DNA from: a virus
Taxonomy: Duplodnaviria > Caudoviricetes
Virus record (IMG/VR): IMGVR_UViG_3300049136_000121
Coordinates: 1-44,887 of that record
Direction: 5' to 3' (one strand)
DNA length: 44,887 nt
Part shown: positions 25,477 through 34,685 of the stretch, piece after piece
Layout: each line of letters starts with the position of its first letter
Position numbering within the stretch: the first letter of the stretch is position 1
Notes under the pieces: model-generated
Told to the model about the DNA's origin: nothing
The model's input: only the letters and a program-made list of their open reading frames with translations
Database searches by the model: none
Program-made: the position numbers and the translations under genes

Positions 25477-26996
25477 AGCGCGGAGAGGTCGTAACGGTAC
25501 GTCTTGCCGAGCGCCAATTCATTGACGGCGTCAGCCAGCGCATCAACCTGGTCGTCGTTGGTGCTGGCAGGGAATGAGCAGACCTCATCGAGGAACGGCT
25601 CGTTCCATTCTCCCCGCAGCAGCTTGATGTTGCCGGCCTCGGCCTGAGCCGCAGCCGGCCGGGCACGGATCGCCTTGTCGCCGGTGGGGCGTACCGCCTT
25701 GACCGAATACCCCTTGAGCAGTTTAATCTTCGTCGCGGCGTCCGACTTGCCGGCGGCACCGGGATCCTCGGGGATGCGCACCGCGACCTCGTCGCCGTCC
25801 TGCGAAGCAGTGTTCAGCAGCACCCTCTCGACGCCGGATGGCTTCCACTGGCCGCGTACAACATCCTCGACGAAGAAGACGTCGCCGATCATCACCATGC
25901 CAAGCCCGACGGTCCAGTCGGGGCGCTTCCCGCCCTTGCTCTCGGTTGCCGCGAAATCCCATGCCCTGACGCGCTTCGCCCGTCCTGCAGGCAAGGCGTC
26001 GACGATCTCGAAATCCGTGCGCTGGAACATGCCACCGGAGCGCGGTGCTGGGCGCTGCTGGAACTGGCCGGCCACGGCGTAGGAGCCCATCGGCACCTTG
26101 TCGCGCTCCACGACGACACGCGGGAATCGCTCCGGGAACAGCAACTCGCCGTCGTCCGTGCGGGGATCCGAGAAGCCGATCGATGTTGTGCATCTCCGCT
26201 CTGGCTCGAATTCCATGGGCAGCATCAGGTGCTCATACCCGAGCTTCAGCGAGAGGATGGTTCCCGAGACGTCCTGCTCGTGCAGGCGCTGCATGATGAC
26301 GAGGATGGCCGACTTGCCCGGGTCGTTCAGACGGGTCGGAACGGATTCCCGGAACGTGCGCACGGTTGCGTTGCGCTCAGCTTCGCTCTCGGCGCCGTCG
26401 ACGCTGTGCGGGTCATCGATGATCACCCTGTCGCCGCGGCCACCTGTGAGGCGGGAGAATGGCACGCCCTGCCGGAAGCCTGTCGCGGTGTTGCTGAATG
26501 CCATCTCGCCAGCTCGGACGAGTTCGATCGGCCAGAGGGATTGAAACCACTCGGAGGTGATCAGGTCGCGCATACGGCGGTTGTCGCGCTTGGCGTAGTC
26601 TTCCGAGTAGCTGGACCCGATGATGCGGGTGGCCGGGCGGCCCATCGGGCCCCACTCCCATGCCGGCCAGAACACGCCCGCGAGCAGCGACTTCATCGTG
26701 CCAGGCGGTACGTTGATCAGCAGGCGGGTAATGTCGCCGCTCGTTATCGCTTCGAGGTGCTCGCTGATCGCATCGATGTGCCAACCGTGGATGTAGGGAT
26801 TGCTCGGCTCGAGTACGTGCCACGCCTCACGGAGGAAGCCCGAAAGGGAGAGGCAGCGCTGGCGGATCGTCTCGCGGTTTTCCTGCAGTCGGCGGCGTTC
26901 GGCCTCCCGCTCGCGCTGTCTGACCAACTCGGCTTTCCGTTCGAGAAGGGCAAGCGCCTCTCGCTTCGCTTCAATCGGCCAGTTGCTGATGTCCAT
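25473..26996 (-). CDS. terL: Terminase large subunit
   Basis: Walker A PPGTMKS, Walker B IIDDP, IMQRLH, RAWDFA, NDDQVDA nuclease motif. Confidence 0.95.
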   Translation of the reverse strand: MDISNWPIEAKREALALLERKAELVRQREREAERRRLQENRETIRQRCLSLSGFLREAWHVLEPSNPYIHGWHIDAISEHLEAITSGDITRLLINVPPGTMKSLLAGVFWPAWEWGPMGRPATRIIGSSYSEDYAKRDNRRMRDLITSEWFQSLWPIELVRAGEMAFSNTATGFRQGVPFSRLTGGRGDRVIIDDPHSVDGAESEAERNATVRTFRESVPTRLNDPGKSAILVIMQRLHEQDVSGTILSLKLGYEHLMLPMEFEPERRCTTSIGFSDPRTDDGELLFPERFPRVVVERDKVPMGSYAVAGQFQQRPAPRSGGMFQRTDFEIVDALPAGRAKRVRAWDFAATESKGGKRPDWTVGLGMVMIGDVFFVEDVVRGQWKPSGVERVLLNTASQDGDEVAVRIPEDPGAAGKSDAATKIKLLKGYSVKAVRPTGDKAIRARPAAAQAEAGNIKLLRGEWNEPFLDEVCSFPASTNDDQVDALADAVNELALGKTYRYDLSAL

Positions 26997-27414
26997 GCTT
27001 CTCAGCCAGTGCCGCGAGCCGAGCGTTGATCTCTTCCTCGCTCAGGTTGCGGTACTCGACGGGGCCGCCATCCTTGCCCGTGAGTTCGCTCCGAATGCGC
27101 TCGACGTACTTCTCCGGCCGGTGAGCTTTGAGCAGGATCTCCATCATGCGGTCGGACTTGTCGATTCTCGCGCGGTCCCAGGCGACCTTTTCGAGGCTGT
27201 CGATCGCCTCCTCTTCGGCGTCCTTCCAAGCCGCGGCAAACGCGGCATCGTGCTCTCGCCAGTCGTAGGCGGTCGAGCGGCCAATCTTCGCGGCCCTGCA
27301 CGCCTCGGACACGTTGCAGGTATCGGCGAGTACCTTGAGGAACGTCGCGCGCGCGCGATCTGTCCGGGCTGTCTTTCGCCGCGGGGAGGGCCGGGAGGTT
27401 GGTTTCTTCGCCAT
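26971..27414 (-). CDS. terS: Terminase small subunit
   Basis: N-terminal HTH (NVSEACRAAKIGRSTAYDWR), ELTGKDGGP. Confidence 0.85.
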   Translation of the reverse strand: MAKKPTSRPSPRRKTARTDRARATFLKVLADTCNVSEACRAAKIGRSTAYDWREHDAAFAAAWKDAEEEAIDSLEKVAWDRARIDKSDRMMEILLKAHRPEKYVERIRSELTGKDGGPVEYRNLSEEEINARLAALAEKHGHQQLAD

Positions 27415-27423
27415 GATCAGAGC

Positions 27424-27729
27424 CTACCGCTTGCGCCCGCGCTTCCGAACCGCCGACAGCGTCCGGCCGAGCACGAACCGCTTCGCCCGGCTTTCAGCGC
27501 GCAGTGACGGCCGAGCCGTGCCCCCGGAAACCTCACGTCGTTCAGCCCGCAATTCTTCGCCTCCAGCCTCTTCGATCCAGCGGCGAATGACGCGCCAGTT
27601 GGTGTGGTAATGTTCCTCGATTTCCTTCGACTGCCCGAGCTGCAGGAAGACCTCGCGGAAGTCGGCGGGGAGCGGTCGATATGGGCGAGTGCCGCCATCG
27701 GGCAGGAGCAGCTTTGGGGTGTCATTCAA
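27424..27729 (-). CDS. Hypothetical HTH-like basic protein (late regulator candidate)
   Basis: GGAGG-N5-TTG start; KEIEEHYHTNWRVIRRWIEE helix-turn-helix-like segment. Confidence 0.55.
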   Translation of the reverse strand: MNDTPKLLLPDGGTRPYRPLPADFREVFLQLGQSKEIEEHYHTNWRVIRRWIEEAGGEELRAERREVSGGTARPSLRAESRAKRFVLGRTLSAVRKRGRKR

Positions 27730-28534
27730 CGCCGCCTCCGGTCGCAGGAACACGTTCCCGTTCTCGCTCGGCCCTGGGGCTGTTCGGCCCGTAGACCCGC
27801 TGGATGTATTCCTGGTGTTCGCGTTTCGCGCGCTCCTCCGGCGTTTCCCGGTGCGGCGGCCCGGCGCCGCGTTTGCGGACCGCCGCTTCCATCCACGGCA
27901 CGAGGTCGGACACGGACTGGGCCTGAGCATCGGCCAGCAGGGCAAGGGCTCCGGCATCGCCGCTGAGCTTGCGCCACTTTCCGAGCAAGCCCCTGGCCTG
28001 CCGTTCACCGATGCCGGTCGCGATGACGATCGCTAGCCCATCGGTCCACAATCTTTCCGACAGGCTCGGCGGTGCGCCGCCCATACCGTTAGGTATGGTC
28101 TCTAACCTCTGGCTTCTGGAACGCGCGCGTAGGCTAGAACTTTGCTCTAGCCCGGCTAAGTCGCTTTCATTGTTTTCATTACCATTTTCCGACCTTTCGG
28201 CTTTTGCACGTCCACCTTTCGAACCGTTTTCAGCGCGTTTTCGGCTCGTTTTCACTTCGTTTTCAATCTCTTTTTCCGCGCGAGAATTGGTCAAATGACC
28301 ATCAACGAGGGCGAGTTTCCGCTTCGCGATGAGTGCCTCGCGGAGCGATCGCCACTTGCGGATCGAGCAGTTCATGTAGCCCGCGAGCAGCCGTTCGTTG
28401 TCGATGATCGGACCTCCGCGGTCGTAGATGAGGTCGAGCACGGTCTGGTACGCGCCGCGCTCCTCGAGGGTGAGCGGAAGCATCCCGGAAAGGGCGTCGG
28501 AGTGGTACCGCTTGTGCCAGGGCTTCGCGCTCAT
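27722..28534 (-). CDS. Replication initiator (DUF1376/YdaU-like)
   Basis: PWHKRYHSD, LTLEERGAY..LD, NSRAEKE; ATGA overlap with the helicase. Confidence 0.85.
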   Translation of the reverse strand: MSAKPWHKRYHSDALSGMLPLTLEERGAYQTVLDLIYDRGGPIIDNERLLAGYMNCSIRKWRSLREALIAKRKLALVDGHLTNSRAEKEIENEVKTSRKRAENGSKGGRAKAERSENGNENNESDLAGLEQSSSLRARSRSQRLETIPNGMGGAPPSLSERLWTDGLAIVIATGIGERQARGLLGKWRKLSGDAGALALLADAQAQSVSDLVPWMEAAVRKRGAGPPHRETPEERAKREHQEYIQRVYGPNSPRAERERERVPATGGGVE

Positions 28535-29943
28535 CCGCGCACCGCCTGAAATGCGCCATGGAACACTCCCTTGGCCGCGCCTGTCTCGCCGCCGCGGCGC
28601 TTCGGTACGATGAACTCGATCTCGCCGGTCATTCGGCTCAGGGAATCGTTCCACCCGGGCCAGTCCGGAGACATTGGATCGGGCTCGGCCTGACGGTGAT
28701 AGTACTCCTGGCGCAGGAGGAAGATGACGGTATCGGCGTCCTGCTCGAGCTGGCCGCTGTCGCGCAGATCGGCAAGGACGGGGCGCTTGTCCCCGCGCCG
28801 CTCGACCTCGCGGCTTAGCTGCGCCAGCGCCATGATAGCGACGCCGTTGGCCTTAGCGATATCCTTCAACGCTGCGCTGATCTCGGAGACCTCTTCGTAC
28901 TTCTTGCTCATCTGCCGGTCGGGCCGCATTCGCTGGATGTAGTCGACCACGACGAGCTCGAGCTTGTGCCCCCTGGCCTCGAAGCGGCGGATGTGGCGGC
29001 GCACCAGGCGGCTGAGGCGCCCCGGAGTGATCGAGGGCGCGTCGATGATGGTGAGGGGCATGTGGTCCAGCTCGGCAGCGGCCTTCGAGACGCGGCTGCG
29101 CTGCCATTCGTTGAGCTCGTTGTCGCGGATCGCGCCGTAGGGCACCCGGCCTTCGCCGCAGGGGCCGTAGCACATGTCGGCCGCAGCCCTGCCGCCGAGC
29201 TCCTCGCCGCTCATTTCCAGGCTCACGAACAGGACGCCGTGACCGGCACGAGCCGCGCCGATCGAGTACGACATGCTGAGCGCGGTCTTACCCATGCCGG
29301 GACGAGCCGCGACGAGCACGAAATGCTTGGGCCGCAAGGAGCCGGCGATCTGGTCAAACGACGGGATCCTGCCGCCGCTGCTCGTTCCGCCGGCGCCGTC
29401 GATCACGCTGCGCATGTGCGCCTCCACGCACTCGCCAGCGGTCATCTCGACTAGCCCGTCTTCAGGGCCCTCGGCGACAGCACCGGTCACGAGATCGGCG
29501 ACAGCGGCCAGGGCAACGTTCTCGTCCTGGCAGGCCTCCAGCGCCTCCCCGAGTTTGCCCATGATTGTACGGCGCCGAGAGAGGTCGCGGATATGCTGTG
29601 CCAGGCTGCCTGGCGCCAACATGCCCTGTCCGTCCGCGGTGAGGCGCATCAGGTAGCTGGGGCCGCCCACAGCCACCATGTCCTCATCGTCCGCGAAACG
29701 CCCCTTCAAGGTCACGGGGGACGCCGTACGGCCCGCCATGACCTCGTGCAGCGCGGTCTCGTAGATGCGCTGGTGCAGCGGCTCATGGAAATCCGCCGGC
29801 GAAAGCACGTCAGCGACGAAGTCGAACAGGCCGTTCTCGCTCAGCACCGCTCCGAGCAGCGAAGCCTCCGCCTCGATGTTGGCTGGCACCGGCCGCTTCG
29901 TGCCGGCCGGCCTCTCGCGCAGGGGGACTATCTCGCCGCTCAT
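28531..29943 (-). CDS. dnaB: Replicative DNA helicase, DnaB family
   Basis: AARPGMGKT, SLEM, VVDYIQ, LAQLSRE, LRDSGQLEQDAD. Confidence 0.95.
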   Translation of the reverse strand: MSGEIVPLRERPAGTKRPVPANIEAEASLLGAVLSENGLFDFVADVLSPADFHEPLHQRIYETALHEVMAGRTASPVTLKGRFADDEDMVAVGGPSYLMRLTADGQGMLAPGSLAQHIRDLSRRRTIMGKLGEALEACQDENVALAAVADLVTGAVAEGPEDGLVEMTAGECVEAHMRSVIDGAGGTSSGGRIPSFDQIAGSLRPKHFVLVAARPGMGKTALSMSYSIGAARAGHGVLFVSLEMSGEELGGRAAADMCYGPCGEGRVPYGAIRDNELNEWQRSRVSKAAAELDHMPLTIIDAPSITPGRLSRLVRRHIRRFEARGHKLELVVVDYIQRMRPDRQMSKKYEEVSEISAALKDIAKANGVAIMALAQLSREVERRGDKRPVLADLRDSGQLEQDADTVIFLLRQEYYHRQAEPDPMSPDWPGWNDSLSRMTGEIEFIVPKRRGGETGAAKGVFHGAFQAVRG

Positions 29944-30134
29944 TTGTCAGTCTCGAATTCGTAAAGGATCTTGAACCTCGCGAAGGCGGTATCGCGCAGC
30001 GCCTGCCAGTAGGGGTTGCGCTTGAGTGCAGGCCTGAGGCTCTCCGCGCGGACCAGTGCGGCGTGTGCGTCGAAGGCCTCGCTCGCCATGCGCTGCAGAT
30101 CGGCGCTCTTTGGGCTGGCGGCGCGGCGGCTCAC
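29940..30134 (-). CDS. Hypothetical protein
   Basis: GTGA/ATGA coupling on both sides. Confidence 0.6.
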   Translation of the reverse strand: MSRRAASPKSADLQRMASEAFDAHAALVRAESLRPALKRNPYWQALRDTAFARFKILYEFETDK

Positions 30135-30439
30135 GGGGCGAACCTTTCCGGATGCGCGGTTTGCAGGGCGCAGAGGAAGCGCAGGCTGGCCGCTTCGGCG
30201 CGATCGGACGCATCCATGGGGTTGAAGCCCTCGTGGGGCCTGTAAGGCTCCGGGTCGGGCGCGGAACGGGCTCTGAGGATCGACTGGCGCATGTCGCGGA
30301 TCGAGCTGGTGCTCGGTGCCTGGTCGAACTCCGAGAGGACGAGACGGCGGACCTTGCGGGGGCAATCGATGTAGCTCGCGAGCACGCGCGCCATTGCGCC
30401 CGGGCCGCGGTGGCGCATTTCGGGGAGATCGGCGCTCAT
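30131..30439 (-). CDS. Hypothetical protein
   Basis: ATGA coupling at 30436-30439. Confidence 0.6.
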   Translation of the reverse strand: MSADLPEMRHRGPGAMARVLASYIDCPRKVRRLVLSEFDQAPSTSSIRDMRQSILRARSAPDPEPYRPHEGFNPMDASDRAEAASLRFLCALQTAHPERFAP

Positions 30440-30627
30440 CGAGCCTGCGCCCCCAGATCGGCCTTGATGTTGGACCAGGTGCGCGCGGTCTCGCCCTTGG
30501 ACCAACCGAGGTACTTCCCGGCTGCGTGGATGGCCGACCCGTTCGCCACCATCTCGGCGAGGCTGCCCTTCCTGCGGTTCATCAGCGCCTTGGCGCGATT
30601 GCTGGCTTGGTGGAGACGACCGGGCAT
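30436..30627 (-). CDS. Small HTH-like protein
   Basis: AIHAAGKYLGWSKGETARTW; coupled ORF. Confidence 0.6.
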   Translation of the reverse strand: MPGRLHQASNRAKALMNRRKGSLAEMVANGSAIHAAGKYLGWSKGETARTWSNIKADLGAQAR

Positions 30628-30809
30628 CAGGCCGCCACGCTTGCTTGCTCGCGCCGATCCAGCGTGCGCAGCCGTAGAAGATTCCGCTCGATCTGCCGCG
30701 CGAGCTTCCGGGGCATCAGCTGCCCGCAGACCCGCACCGGGTCGCGAAACGGCGTCTCAAGCGCCACCTGCACGCTCGCCAGCATCATGCGGTCGGCGGG
30801 GTCGATCAT
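30627..30809 (-). CDS. Hypothetical protein
   Basis: Coupled on both sides. Confidence 0.55.
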   Translation of the reverse strand: MIDPADRMMLASVQVALETPFRDPVRVCGQLMPRKLARQIERNLLRLRTLDRREQASVAA

Positions 30810-31408
30810 GCCGAGGCCTTCCCGAGCGGGGCCCGCAGCACTTCATCGGCGCGCCAGGGCGGCGTGATGTGCTCGTGGAAGTCGAGCGAGAAATCGAGGA
30901 TGCCGATCGCATCCGCTTCGTCGTAGTAGCGCGGCGAGAACCCGAGCTGCTCGCAGCGGTCCTTGGTCAGAGCCTTGAGCTTGTCGCGCGCAGATCCCTT
31001 GCCAGTGACCTTCCGCTTGGCTCGCGCCGCGGCCTGAGCATCCTTGACCAGGTCGGCGCTGACGAAGTCCTTCCGCCAGGCAGAGACGTTGATCGCGAAG
31101 GCCCGGCACCGCATCGCTTCGGCGAAGGATTCCACATGCGCGGCGAGGCCGGCCGCGAGCGACAAGGCTCGCAGGTTCGTGTTGCCGTTGAGGTTCGCCG
31201 GTAGGATCGCCTGCTCGTAATAGATAACCTCGAAACCGATCGCCTGGTGCAGGCCGGCCATTTCAGCATGCAGGCGGGCGAATACGCCCCCGTCCGTCGT
31301 GTACTCGCTGCCAAGCACGACGCTGCCGTAGCGGGGCGCGGTCCAGCCGCGATGCCAGATCGCCCAGCCTGTGCGGCTCTTCGCGAGATCCAGCGCTAGG
31401 ATTTTCAT
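30806..31408 (-). CDS. RuvC-like Holliday junction resolvase
   Basis: ILALDLAKSRTGWA, YEQ, DEADAIGI acidic motifs. Confidence 0.8.
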   Translation of the reverse strand: MKILALDLAKSRTGWAIWHRGWTAPRYGSVVLGSEYTTDGGVFARLHAEMAGLHQAIGFEVIYYEQAILPANLNGNTNLRALSLAAGLAAHVESFAEAMRCRAFAINVSAWRKDFVSADLVKDAQAAARAKRKVTGKGSARDKLKALTKDRCEQLGFSPRYYDEADAIGILDFSLDFHEHITPPWRADEVLRAPLGKASA

Positions 31409-31487
31409 GGGGCGACCCTTCCGAGTGAAGCTATCGTCGGGGCGGGCAATGTGCATTTCGCGCACATTGCTCCGCCCTCCCGGAGCC

Positions 31488-32054
31488 TCACTCCGCGGCT
31501 TCCGCCTGCTCGTCGGCGGGATCGATCGGATCGGCCGGCTTCATCGAAGAGACCGTGGGTTTGCGCAGTTGCTGCGCAGCGAGCTCTTCCTCGTCCGCCT
31601 CGTTAAAACCGTCTTCACCGGAATCGGCCAGGTCAGTTTCCGAGCCGTCGCTCGGCACGCCCATCTGCAGCGTCGCGAGCTGCGGCCGCTTGCGTTCGCC
31701 GAACGGGATGACCGAGCCGCCATCCTCGCCCTGCGCCATCGTGACGAGGTCGCTCGGCAGGTGCAGCTTGAGCTCTTCAAGGCCGGAGTGAAACGCCAGC
31801 AGGAAGTGATCGCGCTTGGCGTCCTCCATGCCGTCGAGGGTCATCAGGAAATCGAGCACCTTGCGTGGGAAGTGGCAGGTGTCCTTGATGCGCTTGTAAG
31901 GGTCGGAGAGGTCGCCCTTGATCGTCGCCATGTGGGCGTTCTTCGGGGCGATCTCGTCGCGGTAGATTTTGAGCGCGCCCTTCGCGTCGGGGCGCTTGTA
32001 CTCACCTTCAATGCCGGCGCCTTCGCCGTCATCAATCTTCATTGCTGATGCCAT
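31488..32054 (-). CDS. GapR/DUF2312-like DNA-binding protein with acidic tail
   Basis: Helical pattern (LKIY..EI; IKGDLSDPYKRIK...FPRKVL; ...RD) parallels GapR; remote resemblance only. Confidence 0.5.
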   Translation of the reverse strand: MASAMKIDDGEGAGIEGEYKRPDAKGALKIYRDEIAPKNAHMATIKGDLSDPYKRIKDTCHFPRKVLDFLMTLDGMEDAKRDHFLLAFHSGLEELKLHLPSDLVTMAQGEDGGSVIPFGERKRPQLATLQMGVPSDGSETDLADSGEDGFNEADEEELAAQQLRKPTVSSMKPADPIDPADEQAEAAE

Positions 32055-32161
32055 GATGTTGGTCCTTCTTCAGAGTTGTACGCGGGAGAGGATTCGCCGG
32101 CGGGTTGAGGCGACAAGGCGGGCGCCCCCGTCAGGTCCGGCGTCCGAGGGAAACTTGAACC

Positions 32162-32578
32162 TCATCCTCTCACTGTCGCCGCCGCGCCGGCGCCTGAGCC
32201 TGAGCCATTCGTATGGAAGCGAGCCCGATTGGCCGCTTGAGCCTTGGCGAGCGCCGTCTGCCGCTGCGCCTTCACGCGCCTGCCAAGCTCCGCGTCGTCC
32301 TTGAGGGACATGATCTCCGCCTGGGCCCGGCCGAGCTTTCGCTCGGTGTCGGTCAGCTCGAGGCGCAAATCGCTGTTTCGGTCGCTGGTCTGGACAAGCT
32401 CGCCGGTCAGGTCGCTGACATGCTGGTCGGTGGCGATGATCCGCCGGTCCTTGGCAGCGATGATGTCGCGGTACTTCTGCCGCACGTTACCGACGATCAG
32501 CTTGTGCGTGCCGTAGCCGACGCCGAATCCGGCAAGGGCGCATACTGTTGCAGTGATCAGGTCCATCGCATCCTCCAT
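32162..32578 (-). CDS. TM-anchored coiled-coil hypothetical protein
   Basis: AAGGA SD, N-terminal hydrophobic helix, heptad repeats. Confidence 0.65.
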   Translation of the reverse strand: MEDAMDLITATVCALAGFGVGYGTHKLIVGNVRQKYRDIIAAKDRRIIATDQHVSDLTGELVQTSDRNSDLRLELTDTERKLGRAQAEIMSLKDDAELGRRVKAQRQTALAKAQAANRARFHTNGSGSGAGAAATVRG

Positions 32579-32580
32579 GG

Positions 32581-33048
32581 TCAGTCCTTCAACCGGACTT
32601 CGTCGCGCCGCTGGCGCAGGTAGGCGGCGGTCTTGAGGATCGCCTCGATCGCGCCAGCTTTCTCGAGCTTGCGCACGTCGTCGTCGCAGCACTCGCCATC
32701 GCCGAGCAGCTGGATGAGCAGGGGAAGGGTGCTCGCGACCTCGAAGGGCACCTTGGCAACGTCGACCACGACCGCCGTCAGGTGGACCGCCTTCATCCGG
32801 ACGAGCGCAAGGGCAGTATTCAGTCCCTCGGGCCCGAAGCGCCGGCCAAGCTTGAGCCAGTTCGAGAGCGAGACCTCGTGCTTCTTGTTGGTAGCGTTGT
32901 TGACGGTGCCGGCCGAAACGTCCCACTCGTCCGCCATCTCCTGGTCGGACCAGCCGTTGCGGCATGCCGACACCGTTGACGACACTGCCTGCAGCACAGC
33001 ACTTTGTTTGAGCTGGGGCAGATCGCCCAACCCGTTATCGACCGACAC
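32581..33048 (-). CDS. CII-like HTH regulator
   Basis: GGAG-GTG at 33048; SDQEMADEWDVSAGTVNNA HTH; position downstream of cro. Confidence 0.65.
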   Translation of the reverse strand: MSVDNGLGDLPQLKQSAVLQAVSSTVSACRNGWSDQEMADEWDVSAGTVNNATNKKHEVSLSNWLKLGRRFGPEGLNTALALVRMKAVHLTAVVVDVAKVPFEVASTLPLLIQLLGDGECCDDDVRKLEKAGAIEAILKTAAYLRQRRDEVRLKD

Positions 33049-33307
33049 GGCTATCTCCGGTGGCGTGGGAAAGTGGAAACTCAGAAGCCGCGGGGGCATC
33101 GGACGGGGGGACGCTACCCCCGCGGCTAACCGCGCCGGGGGTGGGCGCGGGATTCGTAAGTGGGGGAACGATGCCGAGGTATTCGACATCGGTATGGGCG
33201 CAGATCGATTGGCTGCAGGCTGCGCAGCTGGCGGCCGGATCGAGCGCGGCGCGCCAACTTCCGGCGTCGGACCCGTCGCCGACGAAGGTCTCCCCCGGAT
33301 CGCTCAT
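33035..33307 (-). CDS. Hypothetical protein (CxxC)
   Basis: ATGA overlap with the cro stop; CAACSQSICAH. Confidence 0.4.
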   Translation of the reverse strand: MSDPGETFVGDGSDAGSWRAALDPAASCAACSQSICAHTDVEYLGIVPPLTNPAPTPGAVSRGGSVPPSDAPAASEFPLSHATGDSRVGR

Positions 33308-33537
33308 GCGGCGTCTGCCTCGGCGCCCGCGCTGCCGCCATCGGTGAGCAGCTCCGCTAGGTTGTCTGGCAGCGTCTTGCCTTCGGTCTTCGCGACCAAG
33401 CGAAGGTGCGCCATTCGCGATGAAGGGATACCAATCGACCGCCAACTATGGACAGTCGACACGGGTGCCTCGATCAGCTTCGCGACGGCAGAAGTTCCGC
33501 CCAAGTGATCAATAACGGCATCGGCTATGGTTTGCAT
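33304..33537 (-). CDS. cro: Cro-like repressor
   Basis: IDHLGGTSAVAKLI..PVSTVHSWRSIGIP; divergent from cI. Confidence 0.85.
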   Translation of the reverse strand: MQTIADAVIDHLGGTSAVAKLIEAPVSTVHSWRSIGIPSSRMAHLRLVAKTEGKTLPDNLAELLTDGGSAGAEADAA

Positions 33538-33543
33538 GCGTCA

Positions 33544-33610
33544 CAATATGCGATAATCGGAAGCTCATCGCAAGCTCAAACTTCCGATATTCGCGATTGC
33601 GATATTCGCA
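33544..33610. promoter_or_regulatory. OR/PR region: three operators T(C/G)CGATAWTCG(C/G); PR = TTGCGA-N17-CATATT on the - strand
   Basis: Sites at 33547-33563, 33581-33597, 33598-33610. Confidence 0.75.
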
Positions 33611-33630
33611 GAGCGGTGCGCAATCCGCGT

Positions 33631-34287
33631 ATGGGCGAGATCAAAACCACACAGCCTGAGGCGATCGAGATACTTTCGCGTCTCGAAACCCTCGATCTCA
33701 CCCAGCGTGAGTTGGCGGGCGCGCTCGACCTGAGCGAAAACAAGGTCTCCAAGATCCGCGCTGGTGAGCGGCAAATGAAGGCGGGCGAAGTCGATAAGGC
33801 TCGCGAGTGGCTCGATGAGGTAGAGCGCCGTGGGGGCTTTGTAGAAAAACCGGACATCCCTGAGGCATCGCCTGGTCGCGACTATTTGCCCGTGGAAATC
33901 CTGCCCTCTTACGCGGGCATGGGAGGCGGTGGCACCGGTGAGGGTGACATCGAGCACGCCTTGTTACCACGTCGCCTGATCGAAGATGAGCTACACGCCC
34001 AGCCAGCTGACCTCCTGATGATCGAAGCGCGTGGCGGGAGCATGGAGCCGGATTTCCAGCACGGCGACCAGATCCTGATAGACAAGCGCGACCGCAATCC
34101 GGTTCAGCCGGGTGCTTTCGCCCTCTGGGACGGCGACGGTTACGTGGTAAAGTTCGTGGAGCGCGTACCACGCCAGGCGGGCCGCTATCGGATATTCTCG
34201 GCCGACACGCGGCTTTCTTCCTTCGAAGTCGAGGCCGACGAAATCACTATCATGGGGAGGCCAGTATGGTTCGGTCGGCGGTTATAG
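33631..34287 (+). CDS. cI: CI-like repressor (HTH + S24 autopeptidase)
   Basis: LTQRELAGALDLSENKVSKI HTH; AG cleavage site; GGSMEP and VVK catalytic motifs. Confidence 0.93.
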   Translation: MGEIKTTQPEAIEILSRLETLDLTQRELAGALDLSENKVSKIRAGERQMKAGEVDKAREWLDEVERRGGFVEKPDIPEASPGRDYLPVEILPSYAGMGGGGTGEGDIEHALLPRRLIEDELHAQPADLLMIEARGGSMEPDFQHGDQILIDKRDRNPVQPGAFALWDGDGYVVKFVERVPRQAGRYRIFSADTRLSSFEVEADEITIMGRPVWFGRRL

Positions 34288-34604
34288 CCATGGCGTTGGT
34301 CGTTGCCGGATGCGGCAGCTCCCCAGAACAAGAGCGAGAGGACACGGAGCGCGATGCCCGGGTCAACGCCCGCGTGGCGATAACGGGACTATTGCGAGAT
34401 CCCGATTCTGCCGAGTTCGGCAACATGCAGGTGCACGAGTTCGAAGGGCGAACCGTGGTTTGCGGTAGGGTCAATTCTCGAAATGGGTTCGGCGGCATGA
34501 CGGGCCCTCAACGATTCGTGACCGACGGCGGCACTGCGACAATCCTCGAGGAGACAGCAGCGACTCCTGAAGACTTCGATTTGGTGTGGGCGACCACCTG
34601 CTGA
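34266..34604 (+). CDS. Lipoprotein co-transcribed with cI
   Basis: Lipobox VAGC; LRDPDSAEF, VCGRVNSRNGFGGMTG. Confidence 0.8.
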   Translation: MVRSAVIAMALVVAGCGSSPEQEREDTERDARVNARVAITGLLRDPDSAEFGNMQVHEFEGRTVVCGRVNSRNGFGGMTGPQRFVTDGGTATILEETAATPEDFDLVWATTC

Positions 34605-34610
34605 CAAAAA

Positions 34611-34660
34611 TCCGATATTCGCAACTTTGAGCTTGCGGTACTTCCGATAATCGCATAGTC
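34611..34660 (+). promoter_or_regulatory. OL/PL region: two operators
   Basis: TCCGATATTCGCA at 34611-34623 and CTTCCGATAATCGCATA at 34641-34657; inverted near-copy of OR. Confidence 0.75.
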
Positions 34661-34685
34661 CGGTCTCCAGCAAGGAGATCGGCTC

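Noticed and set aside
32055-32161. GC-rich intergenic region with possible stems (nut-like site)
   Set aside because: Pairings are short and expected at this GC content; no second copy seen
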